64,000 nucleotides of DNA from a virus. The stretch is taken from the IMG/VR virus record IMGVR_UViG_2825807022_000004; one strand, 5' to 3'. Below are positions 8,814-18,214 of the stretch, piece after piece. A program made the translations under genes and the position numbers. The stretch's first letter is position 1. The number at the start of each line of letters is the position of its first letter. Under the pieces are notes generated by a model. The model made no database searches, had not been told where the DNA came from, and saw only the letters and a program-made list of their open reading frames with translations.

Positions 8814-10444
8814 GGTGCCTCCGGTTTTTGTTGTTGGTCAGGCGCAAAGGTTTCGGCTTGCAGCCAGGTGGGGATAGGTAAATCTCGTTCGATATAGGCC
8901 TGACGTTCCCGCTGGCGCTGATCCAGCAATTCTTCCCAGTCTTCGCCCACGTTTTCGGCCGCCTCCATTTCGAGGGTGGATAGCCCGGCTTCCATGCCTA
9001 GAATGGCGCCTTTCTTCTCGGCAACTGGATCGACCCAGCCGCGACCTGGCCCCATCCATTGAGCACGGCAATATGCCGCTTTAGCAGCAAGGAAATCCGG
9101 CGCACCCGCAGGTAAAGGAACCTCACCTAAATCATGCAGTTCTTCGATAAAGCACGACAAAATGGGCTGAGCCATTCCTGCGGCAAAATCATCCCGCCGA
9201 CGAGTCAGGGTTTTCCACGCCTCCAGCATGGCTGAACGGGCTGAACTGTAATTCACATCAGACCAGTCCTGCGTTAACTGTTGGGTGGAAATGCCCAGCG
9301 CCGCCGCCACGTTGCGCAAAGCGGCACTTTCAAACGCCGTAAAGTTGCTGGTCGGTCTGGCCGCGTTAAGCGTGGTCATCGACTCCCCTGGTGCCAGAAT
9401 GGGAATACGCGCGCCAGATTGCAGAGAAATTCGCTTCTCATCGTGAAACTCTCGACGCAGATCCTGATACTTGCTGACATCATCATTATCCAGCGCATCG
9501 CCGACTAACTGAGGGTCATAAGGTGAGGTGATATAGGCGGCAAACACGGAATTCAGAATGGAAGCTTCCAGCTCCACCTGATCGTACTTAATCAACATTT
9601 TCAGGCGCTGTACTATCGGGGTAAAAATACTGATGCCCCGATGTTGGGAAGCCCGCTCTGCGTCAAAATCATGAATAACAATCGGACGTCCCCACGGCGT
9701 TTCACGGGGAATACGCTCCCAGGTCATGGTTGCCGCACCACTCCACCAGTCACCCATATGAGCCTTACGGATGTGGTAGGCCACCGGCACGCCATCTGCA
9801 TCGATTTCCACGCCACCGCGAATAGTCGGCATATCAAAATTCTGCTGCGGATTACACAACCGGTCTGGGTCAACCACCTGCATCGCGGTGGCATATTGCG
9901 CCCGTCCGTAACCGAGACGATCGGGCCGATATTGCATCACGCACAGCGCATCGCCATCCGTCAGTTTGTGGCGAAAAGCCAGCCGTAACAATTGGGACAC
10001 GGTTTTCTTGCGCTCGACATCGCTGTAACGCCCCGGATCGTTTGCCCAAGTACGCCACCCCGACTCTACCGCGCGACCATATTCATCTGCCCATTTGGCA
10101 TCAAAGGCTTTATTGCCGGTCATCAACGCCAGAGTGCGATAGTCCACTTTAGCCAGTGGCCGGAAATCCGCGCCAACAGCGTTATCCAGAATGCGGGTAA
10201 CGCTGCCAGATGCCCAGCCATCGTTACGCACCATGTCGCGGACGCGGGAAACCACCCGGTCACGGTAAATATTGATTTCATTATCCGGCGACCACAGCGC
10301 CGGTTGCCAGTTAGCCATTGAATCGCTGAATGAATCAGCAGCGTCGTAAGGCACACCACCCGATCCGTTTAGCATGGATGCACGGGAGCGTGAGGGTGCC
10401 AGTGGGCGGCCATCCGGCCCCAATATCCTCACTTCATTTTTCAT
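8810..10444 (-). CDS. Portal protein, lambda family
   Basis: 544 aa; DWSDVNYSSARSAMLE, WVDPVAE. Confidence 0.92.
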   Translation of the reverse strand: MKNEVRILGPDGRPLAPSRSRASMLNGSGGVPYDAADSFSDSMANWQPALWSPDNEINIYRDRVVSRVRDMVRNDGWASGSVTRILDNAVGADFRPLAKVDYRTLALMTGNKAFDAKWADEYGRAVESGWRTWANDPGRYSDVERKKTVSQLLRLAFRHKLTDGDALCVMQYRPDRLGYGRAQYATAMQVVDPDRLCNPQQNFDMPTIRGGVEIDADGVPVAYHIRKAHMGDWWSGAATMTWERIPRETPWGRPIVIHDFDAERASQHRGISIFTPIVQRLKMLIKYDQVELEASILNSVFAAYITSPYDPQLVGDALDNDDVSKYQDLRREFHDEKRISLQSGARIPILAPGESMTTLNAARPTSNFTAFESAALRNVAAALGISTQQLTQDWSDVNYSSARSAMLEAWKTLTRRRDDFAAGMAQPILSCFIEELHDLGEVPLPAGAPDFLAAKAAYCRAQWMGPGRGWVDPVAEKKGAILGMEAGLSTLEMEAAENVGEDWEELLDQRQRERQAYIERDLPIPTWLQAETFAPDQQQKPEAP

Positions 10445-10707
10445 CAGTAACGAAACCTCAGCGCCCTGCGTGAACGCTTAACAATGCCTAACTGAGCCTG
10501 CAAAATCTGAATAAGCCCCACAAGGCCACTGATATCGGTCTGTTGATAGGTCACTGACCGAGTACCATCACCCTGTGCATAAGAAAACGACACCCCTTTC
10601 GCGCCAGAAGACAGCTCGATATAAGCCTGCTGCGCGCGGGTTAATGCTTCCTGTAATTGGGCGCGAGTCATCGCACCGGCCAACAGGCTGGTGTTTGCAT
10701 CGAACAT
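10444..10707 (-). CDS. Head-tail joining protein gpW-like
   Basis: 87 aa between terL and portal; RSVTYQQTDISGL. Confidence 0.75.
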   Translation of the reverse strand: MFDANTSLLAGAMTRAQLQEALTRAQQAYIELSSGAKGVSFSYAQGDGTRSVTYQQTDISGLVGLIQILQAQLGIVKRSRRALRFRY

Positions 10708-10715
10708 AGAAATCC

Positions 10716-12688
10716 TTATGCCAGCCGTCTGGCAATGCGTTTAGGTGAAGGAGGATCTGATTCTTTGATAATGGCTCCGGGCAGGCGCAGACTGTTTTTT
10801 TCTTCGACCTCAACTGGCGGCGGTAACAACCGCTCGGGGTGAGTCAGAATTTTGTCTGCGGTTTGATTGAGTTTGAAACCCAAATGCAGCAAACCACATA
10901 AAGCCGCGTAGCTATAGACCCGGCAATCCAGCGCCTCATTAGCCCGACCCGGTAGTTGCTCCCAGACCCGATAACGTTGCCCACCTGAAATTTTGACTAC
11001 CGAACGCTCCGCCAGTAATTGGCTGAAATAATGCAGATCCCGATCGGCTGGAAAGTGCATGCAGCCCGCCGATTCGCTACCCGGTGCCGGGAGATCAATA
11101 TGCAGACGAGAGCGAATGGCATCTTTAGCCGCATTAACGCCTAAAATAATCGGCCTGAACTGGGATTTTGAACGGGACGAAGGCTTTTTAGTCGGCCAGA
11201 CCGGAGAGCGTTTCCCCCCACGCGCGGATTCCCCTTTTATCGCCCAAATACGCCGACCAAGCCGCTCTTTGGCAAACTCGTACACCTTCTGGGTATGGTG
11301 ACCACCGGAATCCATGCAAGCGGCCATAATGGTAAAACCTCTGCCATCAGCTCGCCGCCAGATTTGTTTCAGATAGGCATCCAGCCGCAACCAAGGCTCG
11401 TCAGTTTGCAAATCCCCTCAATGACATCAAAAGCAACTGACCAGCTTTCTTCATTTTTGCCCCACCCCGTCACCTCAATTTCAAAGCGGTCATCTTGCGT
11501 ATCAATACCGGCGGTTAATACCGCCACACATCCGGCACTTCTGCGGCGAAGAGTTCACAGCGTTCAATCAGTTTCTTTTCGCTCAGGGCTTTCTCGCCGC
11601 GATCTTCATAAGGTTCACCCAAGACCAGGTTGATAAAGGTCTGGCGCATTAAAGCGTCATCTTTTACCCGCAACCATTCAGCCACCAGATATTTCCAAGC
11701 AGCATTAGGGAACAGGCTGTATCCCGCCCAGATATGAAAACCGGCATGACCTTTAAATGTTTTTGTTGCCTGCCACTTCCCGCGTTTTACCATCCCAGCC
11801 TTTTCGTTGTGATGAATGACACAACCATTGTGACGGCAGACATAGTAAGCCGTGTCTGGCAAGCCCACCCGTCCGCATCTTTATCCCACTTGATGCCGTA
11901 AGGCGTATCTGGCCCACCCCATTCCAGCGTTTGATATTCCGCACTGCGGACAAGGAACGTAATACTTCCGCTGGTCGCTCTCATCGTAGGCTTTTTCAAT
12001 TCGGCTGATCCTTTAACCGTGGGCGTCGAACCCAGCACTATTTTGCGGTTCCAGAAGGTTTCAGAACGTTTGGTACCAGCGCTATTTGGTCGCCATCCAC
12101 CCCAGCACCGGAAACAGGGTAGCCATCCACCTCATCGAACAAAATGATGCGACAGGTAATACGCCGGAAACCGCCAGGGCTATTAGCGCCTACCAGGGTC
12201 AGATTCGAACCGTTGAGAAATTGTTTTTTCAGGATAGTTTGATTGCTGTTTTTGGCTTTCAGATCGCCCGAGATCGCCTTTAAGGCCGGAGTATCGCGCA
12301 GCATCGGGGTAATTTCGGTTTTACTGTAATCCTCGGCATCTTCGACCCGAGGCTGAACCACCAGAATTGGCGAGGGGTCATGTGCCAGATAATAGCCAAT
12401 CACATGGTCGAGAATTTTGGTGTAGCCGACGCGGGCTGATTTCATCACCGAAACCTGTGTAACACGGGGATCGGTAATCGCATCCATCATGCCATCCTGA
12501 TAGGCAAATGAACGGAAGCGACCGGTTTGCGCACTGGTTTCCTTCGACAAAACCGCATACTTATTGGCCCACTCGCTCAATGACAACGGCTCGGGCGGTT
12601 TGATATTGCTTCTTCGTTGATACAGCTCTTTGGTGAAATTATCCCAGGCCGATAAATTAGCTGTCCCCTCGGGTGTTATCGGTATCAA
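10716..12688 (-). pseudogene. Terminase large subunit (gpA family), frameshifted in this copy
   Basis: Six small deletions (near 11414, 11529, 11868, 11940, 12011, 12076) relative to intact 52430..54409. Confidence 0.85.
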
Positions 12689-13255
12689 GGCTTAATTCCT
12701 CCATTGCCTCATAAACCACTTCTTGCAGTGCTGTCACAAACTCCGCGTCGTCGGTGGTTGAGGCCAGAACCCGCAAGCGGGGACCCTGTTCTGGAGCGAT
12801 AGCAATCAACCGGGTTCGCATACGGGAATACTCTTGCCCTACCGCCTCGGTCATTTCTTTATAGGGAGTACCTGCCCGGATTTGATCTCGTACTCAAGCC
12901 TGGTAAGCAGCGCCAGAAGTTTTCTTTCATTTCGCGGGCTTCATCGATGGTCATATCGACGCCGTTCTCGGCAATCATCTTCTCGACAATTTTGGCTGGT
13001 GACTCCGCCGGATCGCCGTCGGATTTGTTACCCAGTCTGTTACCCTTGCGGTTGTTACCCGGTTTGTTACCTTGCATGTTACCTGCGGCTTTTTTCTCTG
13101 GTCGGGTAACAGTTTTGCGAAAGCGCTCAATGTTAGCGTTTTGAAGCCTCAACATCGATGTCATCACCGGCCAGAACCAGCCACCCGCGCGCCTTCCACG
13201 TCGTTACCGTTTTGCGGCTGACATCGTGAAGTTTGGCAAAATCTGACTGATTCAT
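12657..13255 (-). pseudogene. Terminase small subunit, frameshifted in this copy
   Basis: Indels near 12866, 12918 and 13139 relative to intact 54378..54977. Confidence 0.85.
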
Positions 13256-13317
13256 CTGTTACCTCGTTGTTACCTGTTACCCAAATTTCAAAAGTTCATA
13301 GCTAGACGCAGAACGCG

Positions 13318-13359
13318 GCGCGCAATGCCCGTGCAGTAAATAAGTCGTGGGAAGGACCC
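13318..13359 (-). promoter_or_regulatory. Putative cos site (cosQ-like GGGTCCT, predicted cosN GGCATTGCGCGC)
   Basis: GGGTCCT, 23 nt, then CACG-flanked 12-mer followed by CGCG, just upstream of terS; matches lambda cos layout. Confidence 0.65.
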
Positions 13360-13379
13360 AAAAAATTCTGAGGAGAACA

Positions 13380-14025
13380 CTATCGCTTGGCGGTGGCCAG
13401 CGCATTCTGAATGGCCTTGGTCAACTCTCCCGGCATCAGTGCCGCTGCCATGATGCTAGCGCGATCCCTATATCCCAGCGTTGGTTTGACGTCAGCGCAT
13501 CCCCAAAGCGGATCAGCAGCTTAGGCGCACGTTGTTTCACTCTCGGCCTGTGGGTGCCATTGGCCGATCGCTTCTGGCGCTTCTTATTCTTTTTACCCTT
13601 GCTGACTTTCTTCCGCTGCCATACGCCATTAACGCCATCCACATCACCTACAAAGACATTATCTTTAGCCTTGAGCTGGCTCATCTTGTTGCGAGTGAGG
13701 TTGCCGTATTTATTCAGCTTAAGGTTCTTAGGGTTCAGCAACGCCTTGCCATTCAGTTTATGTACCCCGCCGAACTCGAATGGCTCCAGATAGCCAGCAG
13801 CGATATCACGCACAAATACTTTGGCCTGCAAGCGATCTTTACGGGCACCGAAGAAGCCAACAGAATTAACGGTGAAAGGGGTCGGATTATCCAAATTGCG
13901 CTGCATACCCACTTTCTGAGCATCGGCAATCTGGCGAGCAACACTGGTTAGGGCTTGGGCAGCGGCGAATGGGAGCTGCTTTTTAATCTGCTGGAGCTGA
14001 TTAGACAATCCTTTAACGTTGCCAT
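13380..14025 (-). pseudogene. gpZ-like basic protein, frameshifted in this copy
   Basis: Two 1-bp deletions (near 13490 and 14007) vs intact 55103..55750. Confidence 0.7.
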
Positions 14026-14040
14026 GACTCACCCTTAAAT

Positions 14041-14073
14041 AGAAAAGCCACCAGCTTATGAGGCCAGTGGCTT
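14041..14073 (-). terminator. Intrinsic terminator after 72-aa gene
   Basis: AAGCCACTGGC-loop-GCTGGTGGCTT followed by a U-rich tail. Confidence 0.6.
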
Positions 14074-14116
14074 AGAAATATAAGATCCGTCGTAAAAGGC
14101 TTAAATTTTTTTTGAC

Positions 14117-14335
14117 TTAAATTTCCATAGCTCTCTGAATTGCATCAGCTAATGAGCCAATATTCTCTGCCGTATCAGTCAAATCCACACCAACTCGAGC
14201 ACCATTTGCAGCATCTGATGAACCTGCACTGGCCTTCGCAATCTCAAGAGCTGCTTGCATAGCCAATAGGCGCTTACGGTTAGTCGCAACGGATTTCCCT
14301 GTCTCCCCGTCTAAATCATAGTAACCATCTAACAT
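14117..14335 (-). CDS. Hypothetical 72-aa protein
   Basis: Strong RBS AAGGAG, own terminator; identical at 55842..56060. Confidence 0.75.
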   Translation of the reverse strand: MLDGYYDLDGETGKSVATNRKRLLAMQAALEIAKASAGSSDAANGARVGVDLTDTAENIGSLADAIQRAMEI

Positions 14336-14468
14336 AATATTTCTCCTTGATTAATAAAGCTAATACGTTAGCAGGAATAATCATTAGAAGCAGTGTATAC
14401 GATCAACATCTTCAATAATGCCAAAGGAAAACTATAGACTTTGCAGTTATGCTGTGAGATTCAGATAC

Positions 14469-14494
14469 AAAAAAGCCGCCATTCTTATGGCGGC
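14469..14494 (-). terminator. Intrinsic terminator closing the two-gene moron
   Basis: GCCGCCAT-AAGA-ATGGCGGC followed by T6 on minus strand. Confidence 0.8.
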
Positions 14495-14514
14495 CTTAAG
14501 ATGTCAATGCGAGC

Positions 14515-15072
14515 TTAGACGTAAACAACTTCCCTAACCTGCTGGTCAGGAAGCAACATAATTGCTTCTTCTAAAGCGGGACTTCTGAGTTGACCAAAAA
14601 TCCCTGTCGCCGTTTTAACTACCTTTACAAGGAATAGCACAGATAGTGCGACAGGTAGAGTATAGATAAGAAACATCAAATTATTGAAAATCATAGTCTT
14701 TTCAAGAATAAAACCAGACTCCATCATGATATCAATAACATTTTTATTCTTACAGTCCTTTAACTGTTGAACTTCTCTTTTTATCCGAGCTTGTATAGCT
14801 GGATTGCTTTGCATCCTTCGCTGAGCACGAACCTTGTTAGGCAGTGTCATCAGATGTAAACGGTTTATCGCATTGTTTAAACCATCATGAACCAACTGCG
14901 CTGGAGCTAAATCAGCACCAAGATCACCTTTAATGATCACTTTTCTAATTTTGTCGCGTAATGCGAACAATTGATTTCTGTAACTTAATCTGATTGACGG
15001 AAGAATTATTTTTTCATAAATGAAATGTACTACGGCCAGAATACACAGCACATAAAACAGTGTTGTGAGCAT
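14515..15072 (-). CDS. Moron membrane protein, 185 aa, hydrophobic segments near both ends
   Basis: AT-rich ORF with RBS GGAGG; MLTTLFYVLCILAVVHFIY and LIYTLPVALSVLFLV. Confidence 0.8.
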   Translation of the reverse strand: MLTTLFYVLCILAVVHFIYEKIILPSIRLSYRNQLFALRDKIRKVIIKGDLGADLAPAQLVHDGLNNAINRLHLMTLPNKVRAQRRMQSNPAIQARIKREVQQLKDCKNKNVIDIMMESGFILEKTMIFNNLMFLIYTLPVALSVLFLVKVVKTATGIFGQLRSPALEEAIMLLPDQQVREVVYV

Positions 15073-15115
15073 AAAGCCTCCTTATCCTTCTTCTAAATCA
15101 AACATCATCTACTTG

Positions 15116-15493
15116 TTACTTATCGCTTGTTCCAAGTTCTTGCGATGTTTGATTTTGTTGGATCTCTGTTTTCTCTCTGCCGATACGCTGGGCTTCTTGG
15201 CTAAAGCATTTACGCATAACACCAGCATGCCATGACCAAGCACCGAGGATAATAGCAGCACATACCCATCCGATGAGTGCGTGCAAGATGAAACCATCTA
15301 TAACATCATGAGCAATTTTTGACAACTCATCTTCAGGAAGCCGAAATGCTGCAATCATGAGTATAATACTAATAGTTATTGGTACTAATTGACCTGATGC
15401 CATAGCCTTTAACATCACGTCTCGCCAAGCATGTGCCCAGGTAACCCCTTGCTTGCCCTTGTTACCCTTCCCTGCCGGCGACTGCTTCCCCAT
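15116..15493 (-). CDS. Moron membrane protein, 125 aa, two predicted TM helices
   Basis: LVPITISIILMIAAF and FILHALIGWVCAAIILGAWSW. Confidence 0.75.
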   Translation of the reverse strand: MGKQSPAGKGNKGKQGVTWAHAWRDVMLKAMASGQLVPITISIILMIAAFRLPEDELSKIAHDVIDGFILHALIGWVCAAIILGAWSWHAGVMRKCFSQEAQRIGREKTEIQQNQTSQELGTSDK

Positions 15494-15528
15494 GTACCAA
15501 TACCATCATATGCTGTGAATGGGCAAGC

Positions 15529-15557
15529 ATGTTACTCTTAGTTACTCTTTTCGTCAA
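15529..15557 (-). promoter_or_regulatory. Sigma70 promoter of the two-gene moron
   Basis: TTGACG-17 nt-TAACAT upstream of 15493. Confidence 0.65.
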
Positions 15558-15652
15558 AAATATAAGTATCGTTTAATAGTTATATATCTGAAGACACTTC
15601 TTACTAAACTCAGTTTGATAACTATAGTCTCTTTTTTAAACATTTATCCACT

Positions 15653-15958
15653 TTATAATCTCCTCTCAGCGTCCCGCCGCCACTTAATCACCTCATCCAG
15701 CCGCCCCTTACAGATCCGCAGCTCACGCTTAAGGGCTAGCGCATAAAGCCCGCTATCACCCCAAGTAGTACCGACGAACTCCGGTACCTCACATTCAGTT
15801 AATGCCGATTCTGGCGGGAGCAGTATCTGGCACTCTGTAATGGGTACTGGTGGCCTATTCCCGCAGGAGACTAACAACATCGTCAGGCAACTGGCTGTCA
15901 GCACATAAATCGCCTGCCGCCGCAGCCTGAAACCGCTTAAGCCGTGCGTCACTCTCAT
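15653..15958 (-). CDS. o-spanin (Rz1-like lipoprotein)
   Basis: Lipobox LVSC, Pro-rich stretch, overlaps i-spanin 3' end. Confidence 0.75.
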   Translation of the reverse strand: MRVTHGLSGFRLRRQAIYVLTASCLTMLLVSCGNRPPVPITECQILLPPESALTECEVPEFVGTTWGDSGLYALALKRELRICKGRLDEVIKWRRDAERRL

Positions 15959-16199
15959 TACGTAATTTCCTCTCGTTATCTAACTGGCGGGCGGTGGCGG
16001 CTCGGTTGGCGGCATCGTTGGCACTGTATCCATCGATGATGTTACCGAGTGCTGTGTTAGTGGCCAGCTCCGCTTTCAAGGTGACTTCCTGTTTTTCAAC
16101 CTGATTTGAGAGGCGGTAACTGTTGAATGCCAGTGCTAATACCAATCCTGACAGTGCAACTACTCCAACAAAGCGCCAGTGACTGAATATCCAGGTCAT
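15855..16199 (-). CDS. i-spanin (Rz-like)
   Basis: N-terminal TM plus coiled coil, after endolysin. Confidence 0.8.
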   Translation of the reverse strand: MTWIFSHWRFVGVVALSGLVLALAFNSYRLSNQVEKQEVTLKAELATNTALGNIIDGYSANDAANRAATARQLDNERKLRNESDARLKRFQAAAAGDLCADSQLPDDVVSLLRE

Positions 16200-16819
16200 A
16201 GCAATGCTCGTCGGGCAGTTTCAAACCGCGCCTTGCGGTCATCAATACCGTTATAGCCACCGTTGATCAGCAACGTCACGCGCTGAATATCGTCAGCATA
16301 TTGACCACAATTGCGGGACTGCCAGAACCAGGCAGCAGAACGCGCAGCATGCATATCAAGCTGCAGCTGATCGGGATTACCGACCAAATCCAGCTTGAGT
16401 GCGGTACCGCACAGGCGATAATTATCTAACCCGGTAACCTGAATCAGCCCGCGACCGCGATATTTCCAACCATCTGCCGAGCCTTTATTCCCCATCCGGC
16501 CGGAATACACCAGATTGGCAATAGCCTGCTGACGATTAAGCGGTACTGACGTTTCACCACGCTGACGACCTAGCGCCGAAGCCTGACCAGCTGATAACCG
16601 CTTGCCGAACGTAGCAATCAAACCGTTAACGCTGTAGTTGAACGACTCCACCAGCAGCGTGAAACTGGCTGACTCATGCCCCACCTGCGCAATAAACATG
16701 GCTTGCTGTTCTGGGGCGGTTATGCCGAATTCTGTCATTGCCTCGGTAACAGGCTGAATCCAACGCGCAGCAAATTCGGCGCTGATATTAGCCGCCATTC
16801 TGAATTGATAAGGGGTCAT
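16196..16819 (-). CDS. Endolysin, glycoside hydrolase family 19
   Basis: FIAQVGHES and YRGRGLIQVTGLDNY. Confidence 0.92.
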   Translation of the reverse strand: MTPYQFRMAANISAEFAARWIQPVTEAMTEFGITAPEQQAMFIAQVGHESASFTLLVESFNYSVNGLIATFGKRLSAGQASALGRQRGETSVPLNRQQAIANLVYSGRMGNKGSADGWKYRGRGLIQVTGLDNYRLCGTALKLDLVGNPDQLQLDMHAARSAAWFWQSRNCGQYADDIQRVTLLINGGYNGIDDRKARFETARRALL

Positions 16820-16822
16820 GGT

Positions 16823-17173
16823 TTATACCTGAGGTTTAGTATCGTTACCGCCGCCAATGCGGTTGCCAACAAAACGGAGCGCCAAAGCGCGAATTTGCTC
16901 AACACCGATAAAGCCAATTAGCCCACCAACGGCCAGTGTGAGTTGCTGCGGTAAATCGAAGTATTCCAACGCACTGACAGCAGTAAGCGTTAATGCCCCG
17001 CAAGTCAGCCCCTCCAGAAAGGTTTTCTTCCATCCACCGCCGGTATAGGCCACGCGTAATGCCGCCATCACTACCGACAACAGGACACCACCGAGCGGAA
17101 CATCACCTCGCCACCAGGCATTAAACAGTTCTATCCAGTCTGCCCATGTATGCAATTCGTTATGCATCTTCAT
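16823..17173 (-). CDS. Lambda S-like holin with Met-Lys-Met dual start
   Basis: RBS GGAGG before MKMHNEL; three hydrophobic segments; upstream of endolysin. Confidence 0.88.
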   Translation of the reverse strand: MKMHNELHTWADWIELFNAWWRGDVPLGGVLLSVVMAALRVAYTGGGWKKTFLEGLTCGALTLTAVSALEYFDLPQQLTLAVGGLIGFIGVEQIRALALRFVGNRIGGGNDTKPQV

Positions 17174-17383
17174 AACCACCTCCCCAATGGGGAATATTAT
17201 TCCCGGCATTGTCGGGTGTTGTTTTGAGGAATTTAGCCCACCAGCGCAGCCACTCATGCGGAGTAATGTGTGTGGAGTTGATTGGGTGGCTGGTGGGCTA
17301 AAACGAAAAAGGTCACGCAATAGCGCAGCCTCATAATTATTTACCTGCTGTTTTATCCACCGCAGACGATGGTGGTATCTTGA

Positions 17384-17620
17384 TTAGCGACGCCGGTTAG
17401 ATGATGCCAGCAATACTGCGCCGTTTTTGATGGCTGCTGCCAGAGCTTCCGCAAGAATTTCATGCGGAATACCTGGCAAACGTGCAGACCAAAAGGCCCG
17501 AGTTCTCACCCAATCCATATCTCCGGCCAGTTGAGAAGTGATGGCTTGGCGAAGCTCTTTTATTAAAGCGGCTTTTTCCTCTTCTTTTTTGTATAAGGAT
17601 GCGTCCATATTTATGTCCAA
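17384..17620 (-). CDS. Hypothetical 78-aa ORF (uncertain)
   Basis: In late-operon orientation but its start overlaps the start of the + strand gene. Confidence 0.35.
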   Translation of the reverse strand: MDINMDASLYKKEEEKAALIKELRQAITSQLAGDMDWVRTRAFWSARLPGIPHEILAEALAAAIKNGAVLLASSNRRR

Positions 17621-18056
17621 TATTGATAAGTTTAATGAGTTCGCAGGTCGGGTATTCGGAATACTCTATGAGGAGTTTCCCATTCCGACCAACATCAATG
17701 TAGGTGATATCCTTGGTGATCCGGATTTATACAACACCACAGGTATTCCGCCCGAAATGGCGGATGACGCTGATATAGCCGGGTACACCGTTGTCTGGTT
17801 ACGCCAATCTGGTTACCTTGATATGCTTAATCAAGATATAAGCCTAAATGAATTTTATAACGTGGTTCTAACAGCAAAGGGGTTGGAGGTACTCAAAGCA
17901 ATACCTGATAGCTTAACCCCTCGCTCATCCCCGCTTGGAACACAAATCGCAGATGCGGTTAAATCAGGTGCAAAAGAAACGGTAAGTTCCTTGGTTAACC
18001 AAGCACTATCAACTGGCATAAAGTTAGCTGCAAGCTCAGTTGGCATTGATATCTAA
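17613..18056 (+). CDS. Hypothetical protein, possible winged helix, opposite to late transcription
   Basis: Likely start MSNIDKF; [10 protein letters not shown]...[11 protein letters not shown] resembles a wHTH wing. Confidence 0.7.
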   Translation: MSNIDKFNEFAGRVFGILYEEFPIPTNINVGDILGDPDLYNTTGIPPEMADDADIAGYTVVWLRQSGYLDMLNQDISLNEFYNVVLTAKGLEVLKAIPDSLTPRSSPLGTQIADAVKSGAKETVSSLVNQALSTGIKLAASSVGIDI

Positions 18057-18214
18057 CGCACAAAAAAAACAAATAATTAAGCCCCGACACCAGTCAGGAC
18101 TTTTCGTTTTTGACGCCGGTTACGGTTCCGGCGTCAACACCTACCAATGTGCTGACCGCATACCTTAAAAATGCAAAAGGCCCACCGAAGTGAGCCTTAA
18201 GCTTGATTACTGAA

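Noticed and set aside
13028-13281. GGTAACA array or att-arm repeats as a CRISPR or mini-array
   Set aside because: Repeats are 7-8 bp with 5-8 bp gaps inside or beside coding DNA; no cas genes and no 28-37 bp repeat-spacer structure
1141-13951. Many + strand ORFs of 60-150 aa across the structural operon, and their twins in B
   Set aside because: Antisense shadows of GC-rich minus-strand genes; identity between copies reflects the DNA repeat, not selection
16823-17320. 165-aa holin as given by the ORF track
   Set aside because: The upstream 49 codons lack an SD and span hairpins; the SD and Met-Lys-Met motif place the start at 17173
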